Origin: a virus
Length of the DNA stretch: 64,000 nucleotides
Strand: one strand, 5' to 3'
IMG/VR virus record: IMGVR_UViG_3300020156_000004
Location: 1-64,000 of that record
Made by a program: the position numbers and the translations under genes. The stretch's first letter is position 1, and the number at the start of each line of letters is the position of its first letter. Shown piece after piece: positions 39,050 through 48,477 of the stretch. The notes beneath the pieces were generated by a model. It was not told the origin of the DNA. It did not search any database and was given only the letters and a program-made list of their open reading frames with translations.

Positions 39050-39845
39050 AGCATTTAAAGGAATTTCCCCTATTAAATGGAATCAAGAGAAACTTGCGAA
39101 GAAAATCGTTGCCCTGAGCAAAAGAAAATCTCGTCCGAACAGGATGATATATGTTAGCAATGATAAATTGCAAAGAACCGCAACCAAGATAGTTAAAACC
39201 GGTATATCAGAGACCGAACTATTCTCACAGATACTTACCTATGAGAGAAAGAGGATGAGGCACAGAGGTATAAGGGTTTCAAAGATAGGAGACCCCGATT
39301 GGTTACAGGTTAAAGAGGCAGCATCCTTAGCCGCAGACTTCTGCAATGAATTTGAACTCGAAAAGAAAGAAGGCTTCATTGAGTATGTTAGACAGGGTCT
39401 ATCCATGATGAAGAATTACTCCATACAGAAATTTAAAACCCTACACGGACCCATCTGCAAAAAATATGAGTGCATCCAAGAACTCCAACTTGACCCCACC
39501 CCCCATAAGACCGAAGAGATGTTTACCCTATACTACAACACGGTCAATGAGAAGGCAGGATTCTGCCCCAACTACAAAGAACAACCCGAAAAATATATAG
39601 GATTCAAAAGAGCAGTCGATACTGCCAAAGAACTCAATACATCAATCAAACTATATTTGAGAGCCCAATTCTATTCCCTTGAATGGGCATCAGGAATCCC
39701 GGACCCGTTAAGCTTATATGGAAACCTTGCCAAGGAGAGAGTAACCAAGTATGCCTTTGAAAATGGAATAAAGATAAGGGAAGAAAAGAAGGTAAACCTC
39801 AAAAAAATTAGGAGGGTTAAATATGATAAGGATTCTGATAGATAA
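38994..39845 (+). CDS. hypothetical protein
   Basis: 283 aa ORF that overlaps the primase gene by 56 nt, so its start is uncertain. No motif recognised. Confidence 0.45.
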   Translation: MRDPSIHLTESDLILVLNEAFKGISPIKWNQEKLAKKIVALSKRKSRPNRMIYVSNDKLQRTATKIVKTGISETELFSQILTYERKRMRHRGIRVSKIGDPDWLQVKEAASLAADFCNEFELEKKEGFIEYVRQGLSMMKNYSIQKFKTLHGPICKKYECIQELQLDPTPHKTEEMFTLYYNTVNEKAGFCPNYKEQPEKYIGFKRAVDTAKELNTSIKLYLRAQFYSLEWASGIPDPLSLYGNLAKERVTKYAFENGIKIREEKKVNLKKIRRVKYDKDSDR

Positions 39846-41286
39846 CAACAAGAGCCGAATATTGGGTGATCGTATTCTGGTAGAGGAACTGGCAGATAGA
39901 ACCAAGGTCCGGGTAAAGAATGCATGGTTCGCAATGAGAAATGGTTGGGATGGATTCGTAAGATATGTGAGTACCGAAACCGGAAGTTTCTCTACCGGAT
40001 TATTACCCATGATATTAGACATTCTTAAAAAGGAAAAAATATCCTATGAGCTTGAGGATAAGAGGGCACCCTTTAAGGACATGCACGAGGTAACTAAGGT
40101 AGGAGATCTTACCCTGAGAGATTATCAACAGGCAGCTCTCCATGCGGTATTGAATAACAAGGTAAAGGGGTTTAGATTCCAGAGAGGAATCCTACATGAG
40201 GCCACCAATGCAGGGAAGAACCTGATTGCTGCTGCGATATTCCAGAGCTTCTCAAAGAAACGAAAGGGCCTCTTCCTAATAGATGAAAAGGAAATATTCG
40301 ATCAGGCTGTGGAAGAATTAACAGAGCTTATGGGAGACGAGGTCGGGTATATATCCTCAAAGAAAACCATGATAAGGAGAATCAATGTCTGCATGATTCC
40401 TACTCTGAACTCCCGAATATCCAGAGACCCCAAATTAAAGGCCCTATTAGCCCAACAGGATATAGTTATATATGATGAGGTAGATAAATCTGCAAACGGT
40501 AGGGGTAAAAGAATATTGGGCTTCTGTTATAATGCAACCGTTAGAATAGGATTATCTGGAACCCCATTCATGAGTAAGGATAAGGTAGCAAATCAAAACC
40601 TCCTTGCCTACTTCGGTCCGGTCCTTCATAAGATGAGCAATAGGGAAATGGTCGCTGAAGATCATTCCACTGAACCGGATATAAGATTCTATATGGGTAA
40701 CAAACTTAGGATTGATGACTACCAAGAGGAATACCAAAAGGGAATCATTGATAATAAGGCCAGGCATAAGAAGATATGGAAGCTGGTAATGAAATTTAAA
40801 AGGCACATGCCCTGTCTAATAATGTTTAAAAACCATGCTCATGGCAGAAACCTACTCAAAGCTTGCCCTGAACAAATCCGGGAAACTTATAAGGTTGAGA
40901 TGGTACATGGTCAGACCCCTAACCGCAAACAAATTCTGGCAGATTTTAAAGAGGGTAGGATTGATATACTTATTTGTTCAATGATCGTCCGTAGGGGTAA
41001 GAACATAAAGAAAACCCGGATGATGATTAATGCAGCAGGTGGAGATTCAGTTGCCAATGTACTTCAACTCCTAGGCAGGTTATTAAGAAAGGACGATGAT
41101 AAGAAAAAGGTAATGTTCCTAGACTTCTATGATTATGGAGAGTACCTTCAAAGGCATTCAAAACATAGGTTGATTGCCTTGAAGAATGAGAAGTTTGAGG
41201 TTCCAGTTAAGGAATTATATAAGGGTAAATTAAAGACTATAATTAAATATGAAAGAGAAAAGAGAACCCAGAAAAGACCTCGTTAA
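39823..41286 (+). CDS. superfamily 2 DEAD/DEAH-like helicase
   Basis: Motif I ATNAGKN, motif II IYDEVDK, motif III LSGTPF and motif VI-like VRRGKNIKK. Confidence 0.8.
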   Translation: MIRILIDNNKSRILGDRILVEELADRTKVRVKNAWFAMRNGWDGFVRYVSTETGSFSTGLLPMILDILKKEKISYELEDKRAPFKDMHEVTKVGDLTLRDYQQAALHAVLNNKVKGFRFQRGILHEATNAGKNLIAAAIFQSFSKKRKGLFLIDEKEIFDQAVEELTELMGDEVGYISSKKTMIRRINVCMIPTLNSRISRDPKLKALLAQQDIVIYDEVDKSANGRGKRILGFCYNATVRIGLSGTPFMSKDKVANQNLLAYFGPVLHKMSNREMVAEDHSTEPDIRFYMGNKLRIDDYQEEYQKGIIDNKARHKKIWKLVMKFKRHMPCLIMFKNHAHGRNLLKACPEQIRETYKVEMVHGQTPNRKQILADFKEGRIDILICSMIVRRGKNIKKTRMMINAAGGDSVANVLQLLGRLLRKDDDKKKVMFLDFYDYGEYLQRHSKHRLIALKNEKFEVPVKELYKGKLKTIIKYEREKRTQKRPR

Positions 41287-41731
41287 AAAGGTAGATATGT
41301 TTGCACCTCTTAACATTGAGATATTGGGTAGTGCAAATGACCCTTGCTTCGGAAAGTTATTTAACCCGGGGGCAGAGGAATGCCAGAGATGTGGGGATTC
41401 AGAAATCTGCTCAGCGGTAATGGGACAAGCAAGTCATATCCAAAGAGCCCAGATCGAAAGCAAAAGCAATTTCAAAGACCTTGAGGAAGATAAGATACCG
41501 GACCTGGATAAGGCAGAAATGAAGAAGAAGATTAAATCGAGGTTCAGGGAGGTAATCAAATTATCACCCAAAGGAATATCCGAAGAAAGATTAATTGCTG
41601 ATGTGCATGCCACCTTCTCTACCCAAGGATTTTCAAAACCCAAACTAAAAAAGATATTGGATGCTTTAACCTCCAAGACCAATAAATTTACCTTCAACCC
41701 TAAAACCCAAATCTATTCATGGAAAAGATGA
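41249..41731 (+). CDS. hypothetical Cys-cluster protein
   Basis: It contains CFGKLFNPGAEECQRCGDSEIC. A non-overlapping start at 41297 (MFAPLN) is more likely. Confidence 0.45.
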   Translation: MKEKREPRKDLVKKVDMFAPLNIEILGSANDPCFGKLFNPGAEECQRCGDSEICSAVMGQASHIQRAQIESKSNFKDLEEDKIPDLDKAEMKKKIKSRFREVIKLSPKGISEERLIADVHATFSTQGFSKPKLKKILDALTSKTNKFTFNPKTQIYSWKR

Positions 41732-42477
41732 TGCAGCTCCAGAAAGAACTTCTGGAGCATTACATTCGTATAGAGGGTATGCCTATGTACCCTGTAGACC
41801 CCACCTCAAAGGAAGGCAGAGCTCTTTTGAGGGACTTTGCTTATAGGATAACCGATGAATTGGTAGAGGCATCAAATCACATTGCTGCCATCTACGAAAG
41901 CCTTGCATCCAACCAACAGATGCAAGCCCGTCAGGAACTCAGACATTTTAATGAAGAGCTCGGAGATTGGTGGCACTTCCTTTTGGAGTTCATTGTATTT
42001 GCGGATATAAATGAAAGCCAACTAGAGGGCCTAGTATACCAAGCTGCCCAGGAAGAAATCGGAGGCTTTGAGTATGAGGAATCAGAATGCCACCTGGATA
42101 ATATGTTTGCGATTGCCGATCTAGTATGCCTTAGAGCCGGTCTAAGAGAGGATAGGAGAAACAAATTTAATATAGGTAAGGCAAACCTAGAGGATTGGGG
42201 AGCTGCAACATTAGGACCCCGAACCATTGAGTTATTCTATATGGGTTCATGGAATGCCACAGAAAATCTATTCAAGGCTATTCATGATCTTAAACATAAG
42301 CCCTGGGCTCAGACAGATACCAAGGCAAACCTCGCCGGATTCCTTTCACATACCGGAAGATTCTTTCTTTCGGTAATGCAACTCATGGTAATAATAGGAA
42401 AGACCCCTATGAGTATTAAGGAATCCTATTTCCTAACAAACAAGAAGAACCAAAACCGTATAAAATCAGGCTATTAA
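41719..42477 (+). CDS. all-alpha NTP pyrophosphohydrolase (dimeric dUTPase/dCTPase family)
   Basis: Acidic helix motifs ITDELVEAS and FNEELGDWWHFLLEF, a KHKPW motif, and a C-terminal NKKNQNRIKSGY resembling the N..R...GY end of dimeric dUTPases. Confidence 0.6.
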   Translation: MEKMMQLQKELLEHYIRIEGMPMYPVDPTSKEGRALLRDFAYRITDELVEASNHIAAIYESLASNQQMQARQELRHFNEELGDWWHFLLEFIVFADINESQLEGLVYQAAQEEIGGFEYEESECHLDNMFAIADLVCLRAGLREDRRNKFNIGKANLEDWGAATLGPRTIELFYMGSWNATENLFKAIHDLKHKPWAQTDTKANLAGFLSHTGRFFLSVMQLMVIIGKTPMSIKESYFLTNKKNQNRIKSGY

Positions 42478-42478
42478 T

Positions 42479-43576
42479 ATGAAACATCCTACACCAAGTG
42501 TTTTCCATTTCAAAGACATGACCGATGCATGGCACGGTATGCATGATTATATGTTTAACAACGAAAAGACCATAAGGGAGCGGGGTGGAAACATCTATGG
42601 GTCTGAGTTGGTTACATTGGATAATGTAATATACATAGACAAGGCAACCATCGACCCGGAATTTAACTTCGGAAAGATTCTGGGTTACAAGATGAAGAAA
42701 TGGAGTAAGCTAATTAACAACTACCTAAACTTCAATTACCTTGACCCCATCAAGCATGAGGTAATAGAAAGGGAAATCAAAAGGGGTAACAGTTACAATT
42801 TCGTTTACCGATTCGATAACTCCCATGGCTCAGGCAAAGACTGCCTTATATCCCTTACATTCTCTAAAAGGAAAGGAGATAGAGAACCCACTCTGATCTT
42901 CACATCAAGAGCCTCGGAATGGACCAAGAGGGTAGCCTTTGATTTCCTATTGATTCAAAGGATTGCTGAGTATGTATATGGGGACCGTGATGTTAAACTG
43001 ATATGTTGGTTACCCTTCATCTTCATGAACCTCGAATGTTCACTAATGTATGTAGCAGAATATGGCAAAAAGGTTATCAAAAAAGACAGCGAGGGTAACT
43101 ATAGCCCTTTCCAAGCAAGGCTCGTCAAGAAATTCAAACTCTACCAGGAGATTGATACCGAAACAATCAAGTACAAGGTTCATCAGCGAGCCGCTATGCA
43201 GGTTCAAAGAGACAAGAAAACCGGAAGACCTATCGCTAATTGCCCAGATCTCTTTGCAAAAGAAATGGACCTCTACTCCTCAAACAAATACTCCCGCACC
43301 GACCTTCCGGGAGCTGTGTCGGATGGTAGTCGAGCTGGAAGACCGCCAAAGGATGATTCAGTTACAGGCCTCCAGGTATACAAGGAGATTAAGAAAACTA
43401 TTATCAAGGCCAAGGATGATAAGAAAAAATTACAAAACGCTATGGTGGCTCTGGGAGCCAAGAACGATTACTTCTGGCCGAAGGAATGGGACACTATTGC
43501 CTTCAAAAGAATTTGCAGAGCAGGAAATGAAAGATGGCATAAGAAAGCCTTAAAACTTATAACCAAGTATATCTAA
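42479..43576 (+). CDS. divergent thymidylate-synthase-fold-like protein with a roughly 150 aa C-terminal extension
   Basis: Counting from Cys in GKDCLISLTF, Arg is at +22, Glu at +25, Phe at +32 and Asp at +33. This mirrors the canonical TS spacing (R+20, D+23, F+30, N+31) if a 2-aa insertion is allowed. The similarity is remote and was judged by eye. Confidence 0.35.
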   Translation: MKHPTPSVFHFKDMTDAWHGMHDYMFNNEKTIRERGGNIYGSELVTLDNVIYIDKATIDPEFNFGKILGYKMKKWSKLINNYLNFNYLDPIKHEVIEREIKRGNSYNFVYRFDNSHGSGKDCLISLTFSKRKGDREPTLIFTSRASEWTKRVAFDFLLIQRIAEYVYGDRDVKLICWLPFIFMNLECSLMYVAEYGKKVIKKDSEGNYSPFQARLVKKFKLYQEIDTETIKYKVHQRAAMQVQRDKKTGRPIANCPDLFAKEMDLYSSNKYSRTDLPGAVSDGSRAGRPPKDDSVTGLQVYKEIKKTIIKAKDDKKKLQNAMVALGAKNDYFWPKEWDTIAFKRICRAGNERWHKKALKLITKYI

Positions 43577-43588
43577 TAATAAAACACC

Positions 43589-44386
43589 ATGATATTCAGA
43601 AGTTTCAGAGGGGCTATTGAATGGGCCTTTCAAGATTTAAAGGTGCAGGGTCAACCGATCAGGATTACGAATTGGCAGGGTATGTCTATCAATGAGGAAA
43701 TGATAGAAACCTATAATCTTAACCTCGAAGTTATGCACATACCCACCAATTTGATTGACCTTCAAAACCAAATCCAACCCGACCTTCCCTGGGCAGATAA
43801 CCATTTTGAGGAAAGGGTATCAAGGAAACCCCTTAACCCGGGTAATGAATACCGTAATTGGAAATTCTTTAGGAACAATGCCGAAGATGAAAAATTCCGT
43901 AAAGAGGGTGGGAAATTCTCACATACCTATATGGAAAGATACTGGCCTAAGAGGGCTGGGCATAGGGAGTTAGTTACCTCAGGAGGAACTTTTTTCGGTA
44001 TAAGATATGATTATGGAGACCTTGATGATGTGATTAACCTATTACTCGATGAACCCTATACAAGGCAAGCATATCTCCCGGTATGGTTCCCCGAAGATAC
44101 GGGGGCCGTATCAAAACAAAGAGTACCCTGCACCTTAGGTTATCTACTCTATTACAGGCAAGAGAAGCTACACATAACCTATTATATTAGAGCCTGTGAT
44201 GCCTTTAAACATTTCAGGAATGATATATACCTGACGGTAAGATTGCTTCAATGGGTTCTTAATGAACTCTGTATGAGGCAAAGTCATGAATCGAAAATAG
44301 ATTGGCATAATGTAAAGTTAGGTACCTTCAACATGGTCATTGCTAATTTCCATGTATTCAAAAAAGAAATAAACCTTTTAAAATGA
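43589..44386 (+). CDS. thymidylate synthase family enzyme, dCMP hydroxymethylase-like (Asp at the specificity position)
   Basis: DEPYTRQAYLPVWFP aligns with NDPDSRRIIVSAWN. There is a catalytic-Cys strand RVPCTLGYLLYY and a gapless alignment from Cys (R+20, C+22, D+23). Position +31 is Asp (FRND), as in T4 gp42 (FRNDY as I recall it), not the Asn of ThyA. Confidence 0.7.
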   Translation: MIFRSFRGAIEWAFQDLKVQGQPIRITNWQGMSINEEMIETYNLNLEVMHIPTNLIDLQNQIQPDLPWADNHFEERVSRKPLNPGNEYRNWKFFRNNAEDEKFRKEGGKFSHTYMERYWPKRAGHRELVTSGGTFFGIRYDYGDLDDVINLLLDEPYTRQAYLPVWFPEDTGAVSKQRVPCTLGYLLYYRQEKLHITYYIRACDAFKHFRNDIYLTVRLLQWVLNELCMRQSHESKIDWHNVKLGTFNMVIANFHVFKKEINLLK

Positions 44387-44811
44387 GGCCCTCAAGAGAC
44401 TCTATAAACCTAGAGATATGCCGGACGATTGCCAAACGATCTGATTGTAGGCGAGGTAAAGTTGGATGCGTTATAACCAAGTCAGGGAGGATTGTGAGCA
44501 CTGGGTATAATGGAACCATCGGAGAAATCAAATGCGAGGCGGTATGTAATGTACTTAGTGCTTGCCAACATGCTGCTCATGCCGAAGCAAATGCTATATG
44601 GTCGGCGGCAAAAGAGGGTATATCTATATTCGGGGCCACCCTGTATTGCACTACATGCCCCTGCTATGAATGTGCAAAAGCTATTGTGCAAGTGGGTATA
44701 TTAAAGGTAATATATATTGAAGAATATAGAGATACTCGGGGCAAACTATTCCTTATAGATAATGGGATAATCGTTAAAAAATACCTAAGTGATGAGCAAG
44801 AGCAGGCTTAA
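44383..44811 (+). CDS. dCMP deaminase
   Basis: Zinc motifs HAEANAI and CTTCPCYEC (HAE ... PCxxC). Confidence 0.9.
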   Translation: MRPSRDSINLEICRTIAKRSDCRRGKVGCVITKSGRIVSTGYNGTIGEIKCEAVCNVLSACQHAAHAEANAIWSAAKEGISIFGATLYCTTCPCYECAKAIVQVGILKVIYIEEYRDTRGKLFLIDNGIIVKKYLSDEQEQA

Positions 44812-46975
44812 GATTGTCAAGAATAAAAAGATACTTCGGGACCTAATAGCTTATTGTAAACAAACTAAATATTGTTCCTTTGACTTTGAAACCTCAGATA
44901 CCGAATACATCAACCCGGATAGTTACCCTCTCTGCCTCGGAGTTTCATTTCAACCGGGAATCAGCTATGTTATACCCCTCGCACACAAAGATTCCCCGAT
45001 TAAGAAGAAAAACCGCTGGTTATACTATCTACGAAAATTTGGAAGAGAGGTACTCGCTGATGCTTCGATTGTTAAAGTCGCTTGGAACCTCAAATTTGAA
45101 TACAACTGGTGCCTCCGATACAACATTCGACTTAGAGGAAGATTATTTGATGGTATGCTTGCAAAGTATTGCCTTGATGAGGAAAGGCCCCATGATCTTA
45201 AATCTCAGGTGGATAGGTTCTTTCCCGAATTTTCGGGTTATGAAGGGTGGAGCGAAGGAATCAAATGGGTAGATAAACCTCTGGATGGTTTGATGAAATA
45301 TTGCGGTATAGATTCTGATTTAACATTAAGGTTAATGCTTTACTTTGAACCCAAGCTAATCAAGCTGGGGTTCTATCCTTTATTTAGAAACCTACTCATG
45401 ACCTCTCTGCGGGTATTAGCGGAGTCAGAATACCGGGGAGCCTTGATAGATGAGAATTACCTAAGAGACCTTGTTGAAACCTATAGGAAGAAGATAGAGG
45501 AATCGGATAGAAAACTAAGGAGCATACCTGAGGTCGTCAAGTTTGAATCAAGGAAAGTAATTGCACTCAGGAAGCAGATGATAGAGGATGTGAGACTAGA
45601 GATTGCCGCTATCGAACGGGAGGATGCCTCCAATGATAGGGAGGAACGATCAAAACTAACTCGAATAAAAAACCGGGAAAAGAAGATCACCAATATAATG
45701 GCAGGGGTTTACAACAAAAAGGAATCTGAGAAATTAGGCCCCATCAATTTCGGTTCACCTACCCAATTAATAGACTTCCTATTCAAAAAGAAATATGGGT
45801 TAAGATTACCCGTATCAAAATATACCCAGGATAAAAAGACGAAACAAGAAACAGACACCCCCTCCACGGCTGAAGATGTATTGGAAGAACTCAAGAAAAA
45901 GGATAAGACCGGATTCATGGAACAACTCCTGGCTCATAGAGGATTAACCAAATTAAACTCAACGTATGTCGAAGGAATGCTCAAGAACCTCGATAGATAT
46001 GGCCGAGTACACACTTCTTTCTTTCTACATGGGACTGTTACTGGCCGATTATCTTCAAGAGAACCAAACTTACAAAACATACCAAGGGACACAACAGCCT
46101 CCGATATTAAACGGATGTTCATACCTCCGCCAGGTTACCTTCTTCTTGAGGTCGATTACTCCCAGGCAGAATTGCGAGTAGTGGCAGAGATGGCAGAGGA
46201 TGAGGTAATGATAGACATTTTCAAGAAGAACTTTAATATACACGTTGCCACTGCATGCCTTGTTAACTTTGGAAACCTAAAGAAATATGACAAGATTAAA
46301 GAGATCATCAAAGACGTTACCCATCCGAAAAATATACACTGGGAGAAAGAAAAGAAAAAGGGTAAGACAGTTAATTTTGGAATCCTCTACGGACAAGGGG
46401 CTCCAGCATTGGCAGAAGGTCTCGGTATACCCGTTGAAGAAGCGGAAGAATTTATCAAGGGATGGTTGGATAACTACCCTGGAGTTAAAAAATGGATGCG
46501 AAACCAAATTAGGTTCTGTGAGGAGCACGAGTATGTCAAAAATATGTTTGGTAGGAAAAGAAGGCTCCCTGATATTAATTCGGAATACAAGGGATTCAAA
46601 AAGAAGGCTGAAAGGGATTGTATCAATGCCCCAATCCAGGGAACCGCTTCAGATTTTGCCCTGCTCTCCCAAGTTATTATTCGGCATGAGATTATGAAAG
46701 GTAACCTACCAGTAGATATGCAGCAGGTCTATACGGTACATGATTCAATAGGATATTACATCAGAGCCTCCGATATTCATTGGGTAATTCCTAAGATTAT
46801 TAAGATATGTGCTAACCCAGACACCAAGAAGTATTTTGGATTCGAGTTAAAGCATGTATGGATGAAGGTATCTCCCGAAGTGGGTAAACATTGGGGTGAA
46901 CTCAGAGAATACGATGAAAAAGTAAATTACAAAATATGGCAGAAAGAATTGAACAAATCAATGTTAGCAGCCTAA
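44789..46975 (+). CDS. family A DNA polymerase with 3'-5' exonuclease domain
   Basis: Exo I motif DFETS, then RLSSREPNLQNIP, motif A DYSQAELRV, motif B KTVNFGILYG and motif C VHDS. Confidence 0.95.
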   Translation: MMSKSRLKIVKNKKILRDLIAYCKQTKYCSFDFETSDTEYINPDSYPLCLGVSFQPGISYVIPLAHKDSPIKKKNRWLYYLRKFGREVLADASIVKVAWNLKFEYNWCLRYNIRLRGRLFDGMLAKYCLDEERPHDLKSQVDRFFPEFSGYEGWSEGIKWVDKPLDGLMKYCGIDSDLTLRLMLYFEPKLIKLGFYPLFRNLLMTSLRVLAESEYRGALIDENYLRDLVETYRKKIEESDRKLRSIPEVVKFESRKVIALRKQMIEDVRLEIAAIEREDASNDREERSKLTRIKNREKKITNIMAGVYNKKESEKLGPINFGSPTQLIDFLFKKKYGLRLPVSKYTQDKKTKQETDTPSTAEDVLEELKKKDKTGFMEQLLAHRGLTKLNSTYVEGMLKNLDRYGRVHTSFFLHGTVTGRLSSREPNLQNIPRDTTASDIKRMFIPPPGYLLLEVDYSQAELRVVAEMAEDEVMIDIFKKNFNIHVATACLVNFGNLKKYDKIKEIIKDVTHPKNIHWEKEKKKGKTVNFGILYGQGAPALAEGLGIPVEEAEEFIKGWLDNYPGVKKWMRNQIRFCEEHEYVKNMFGRKRRLPDINSEYKGFKKKAERDCINAPIQGTASDFALLSQVIIRHEIMKGNLPVDMQQVYTVHDSIGYYIRASDIHWVIPKIIKICANPDTKKYFGFELKHVWMKVSPEVGKHWGELREYDEKVNYKIWQKELNKSMLAA

Positions 46976-47004
46976 AATTTATTAATAACCTAAAATAAAC
47001 CGTT

Positions 47005-47688
47005 ATGAAAATTGTACTTGCCGGTTCATCGGGTGCAGGTAAATCAACTCTGGCCAGATGGATTTCTGAAAATTACGATCTACCCTATAAGGAGAACTCC
47101 GCTGGGATGATTATGCTACCTTCCGATAAGGAGAACTTAAGGATAAGATATGGGTACAATGGGGATTTAGGACAAGAAGGAGTCCTGAAACTTTGTCAAA
47201 AAGACCCCGGCTTTGGATTAGCATTTCAATTAGCCGTATTGAAAGCCCGAGAAGCCCTGGCGGAAAGGGAAAAATTTATATACGACAGATCAGCCTTAGA
47301 CCCAGCCGTATTCTTCCTTCATCAGGTAGGTGAGAATTGGAATGAAGAAACCAATGTTCAGGTACTCCATGAATGTGCAAAGGTATTATCGAGGTATGAT
47401 TTGATAATCTACCTACCCTTAATATCCATTGACCGGGAGTTCCATAACATACAAATTGAAAGGGAAGCTAATGGAGGGAGATTTGCCCATAAGTTTTTCC
47501 AATGGAAAATAGATCAATTATTCCTGAGTACATATAAATTATTAGTACACATGAATATAATGTATGGTTGGCATCTTCCAATGCCCCCACTATCTGAAAT
47601 AAGATTTTGGAATTGGCATATAAGAACCAGTCAAGCCGCGGGTCTTATCGAGCGGTTAAAAAATAAAATACCTCAAGGGACTATCTAA
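47005..47688 (+). CDS. P-loop deoxynucleoside/deoxynucleotide kinase-like protein
   Basis: P-loop GSSGAGKST. YDRSALDPAVFF resembles the ERS...D..F motif of the dNK/dNMP kinase fold. Confidence 0.55.
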   Translation: MKIVLAGSSGAGKSTLARWISENYDLPYKENSAGMIMLPSDKENLRIRYGYNGDLGQEGVLKLCQKDPGFGLAFQLAVLKAREALAEREKFIYDRSALDPAVFFLHQVGENWNEETNVQVLHECAKVLSRYDLIIYLPLISIDREFHNIQIEREANGGRFAHKFFQWKIDQLFLSTYKLLVHMNIMYGWHLPMPPLSEIRFWNWHIRTSQAAGLIERLKNKIPQGTI

Positions 47689-47694
47689 TAAAGG

Positions 47695-48144
47695 ATGAAA
47701 AAATTATTTAAATATAAGGATAGTGCGGTAAATAATATTTCCATTTACTACCAGGGTGAGAAGATTACCTTCTCTCTTTGGGATGAGGTAAAGATCAGTG
47801 AGGAAGCAATGGACAAGGAAATAAAAACCCAACCATCCCATTACGGTTTTCTACTCCTACTCCAGAAGAAACTCAATACCCGATTTGAGGATTTGAAACG
47901 TAGAAGAAAGAAAGTATATGGCCAACTCCTTGTGAAAGCCAAGGAAATGAAGGTGGGGCCAAGGTTGATGAATGATGATACTGCACGGGCATGGGTGGAA
48001 TCACATCCGAAATTCAATAAGATCACTAAGCTGTGTATTAAGGCAAAAGACGATGCTGATACCATCTATGCCGCAGTTCAGGCATTCCAACAAAGGAAAG
48101 ACCTTCTCCAAACCCTAAGTTCTAACCGAAGAAAAGAAGTCTAA
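47695..48144 (+). CDS. hypothetical protein (UvsY-like recombination mediator is only a positional guess)
   Basis: 149 aa helical, basic ORF upstream of the SSB-like and RecA-like genes. Confidence 0.4.
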   Translation: MKKLFKYKDSAVNNISIYYQGEKITFSLWDEVKISEEAMDKEIKTQPSHYGFLLLLQKKLNTRFEDLKRRRKKVYGQLLVKAKEMKVGPRLMNDDTARAWVESHPKFNKITKLCIKAKDDADTIYAAVQAFQQRKDLLQTLSSNRRKEV

Positions 48145-48467
48145 TGATACAACTCGAAAAAATAGTAGAGGTAGTAGTGCACCCTCACCAAAAAAGGAAA
48201 GAGGATGTCCCCGAAATGGTAGGTTCAATGGGAATACATTATCTGGTATTCAGAAGTTCACTCCATGACCTAAAGGAATGGTTTAAGACTGAGGCCGGGA
48301 GATTGATTGAGAAACACATGGTCTCTGGGGTAAGCGAGGTAATATATGAATCATCTACTGGGGGTAGAGTAGTAAGAACCTATGCGAAGGGAAGCACTAT
48401 ACTAAGGAAGGAATCAACCCGAGGGGGAGTGGCTCCATCAAAGAATCAAAAATCATCATTCATTTAA
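48144..48467 (+). CDS. hypothetical protein
   Basis: 107 aa ORF whose start overlaps the stop of the upstream gene. Confidence 0.45.
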   Translation: MIQLEKIVEVVVHPHQKRKEDVPEMVGSMGIHYLVFRSSLHDLKEWFKTEAGRLIEKHMVSGVSEVIYESSTGGRVVRTYAKGSTILRKESTRGGVAPSKNQKSSFI

Positions 48468-48477
48468 ACCAAATAAC

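Noticed and set aside
43062-43553. 163-aa same-strand overlapping ORF within the C-terminal extension of the divergent TS-like gene.
   Set aside because: It is R/K/S/T-rich without motifs and comparable in length to many shadow ORFs here. There is no independent start context. It would be worth revisiting only if ribosome profiling shows dual coding.
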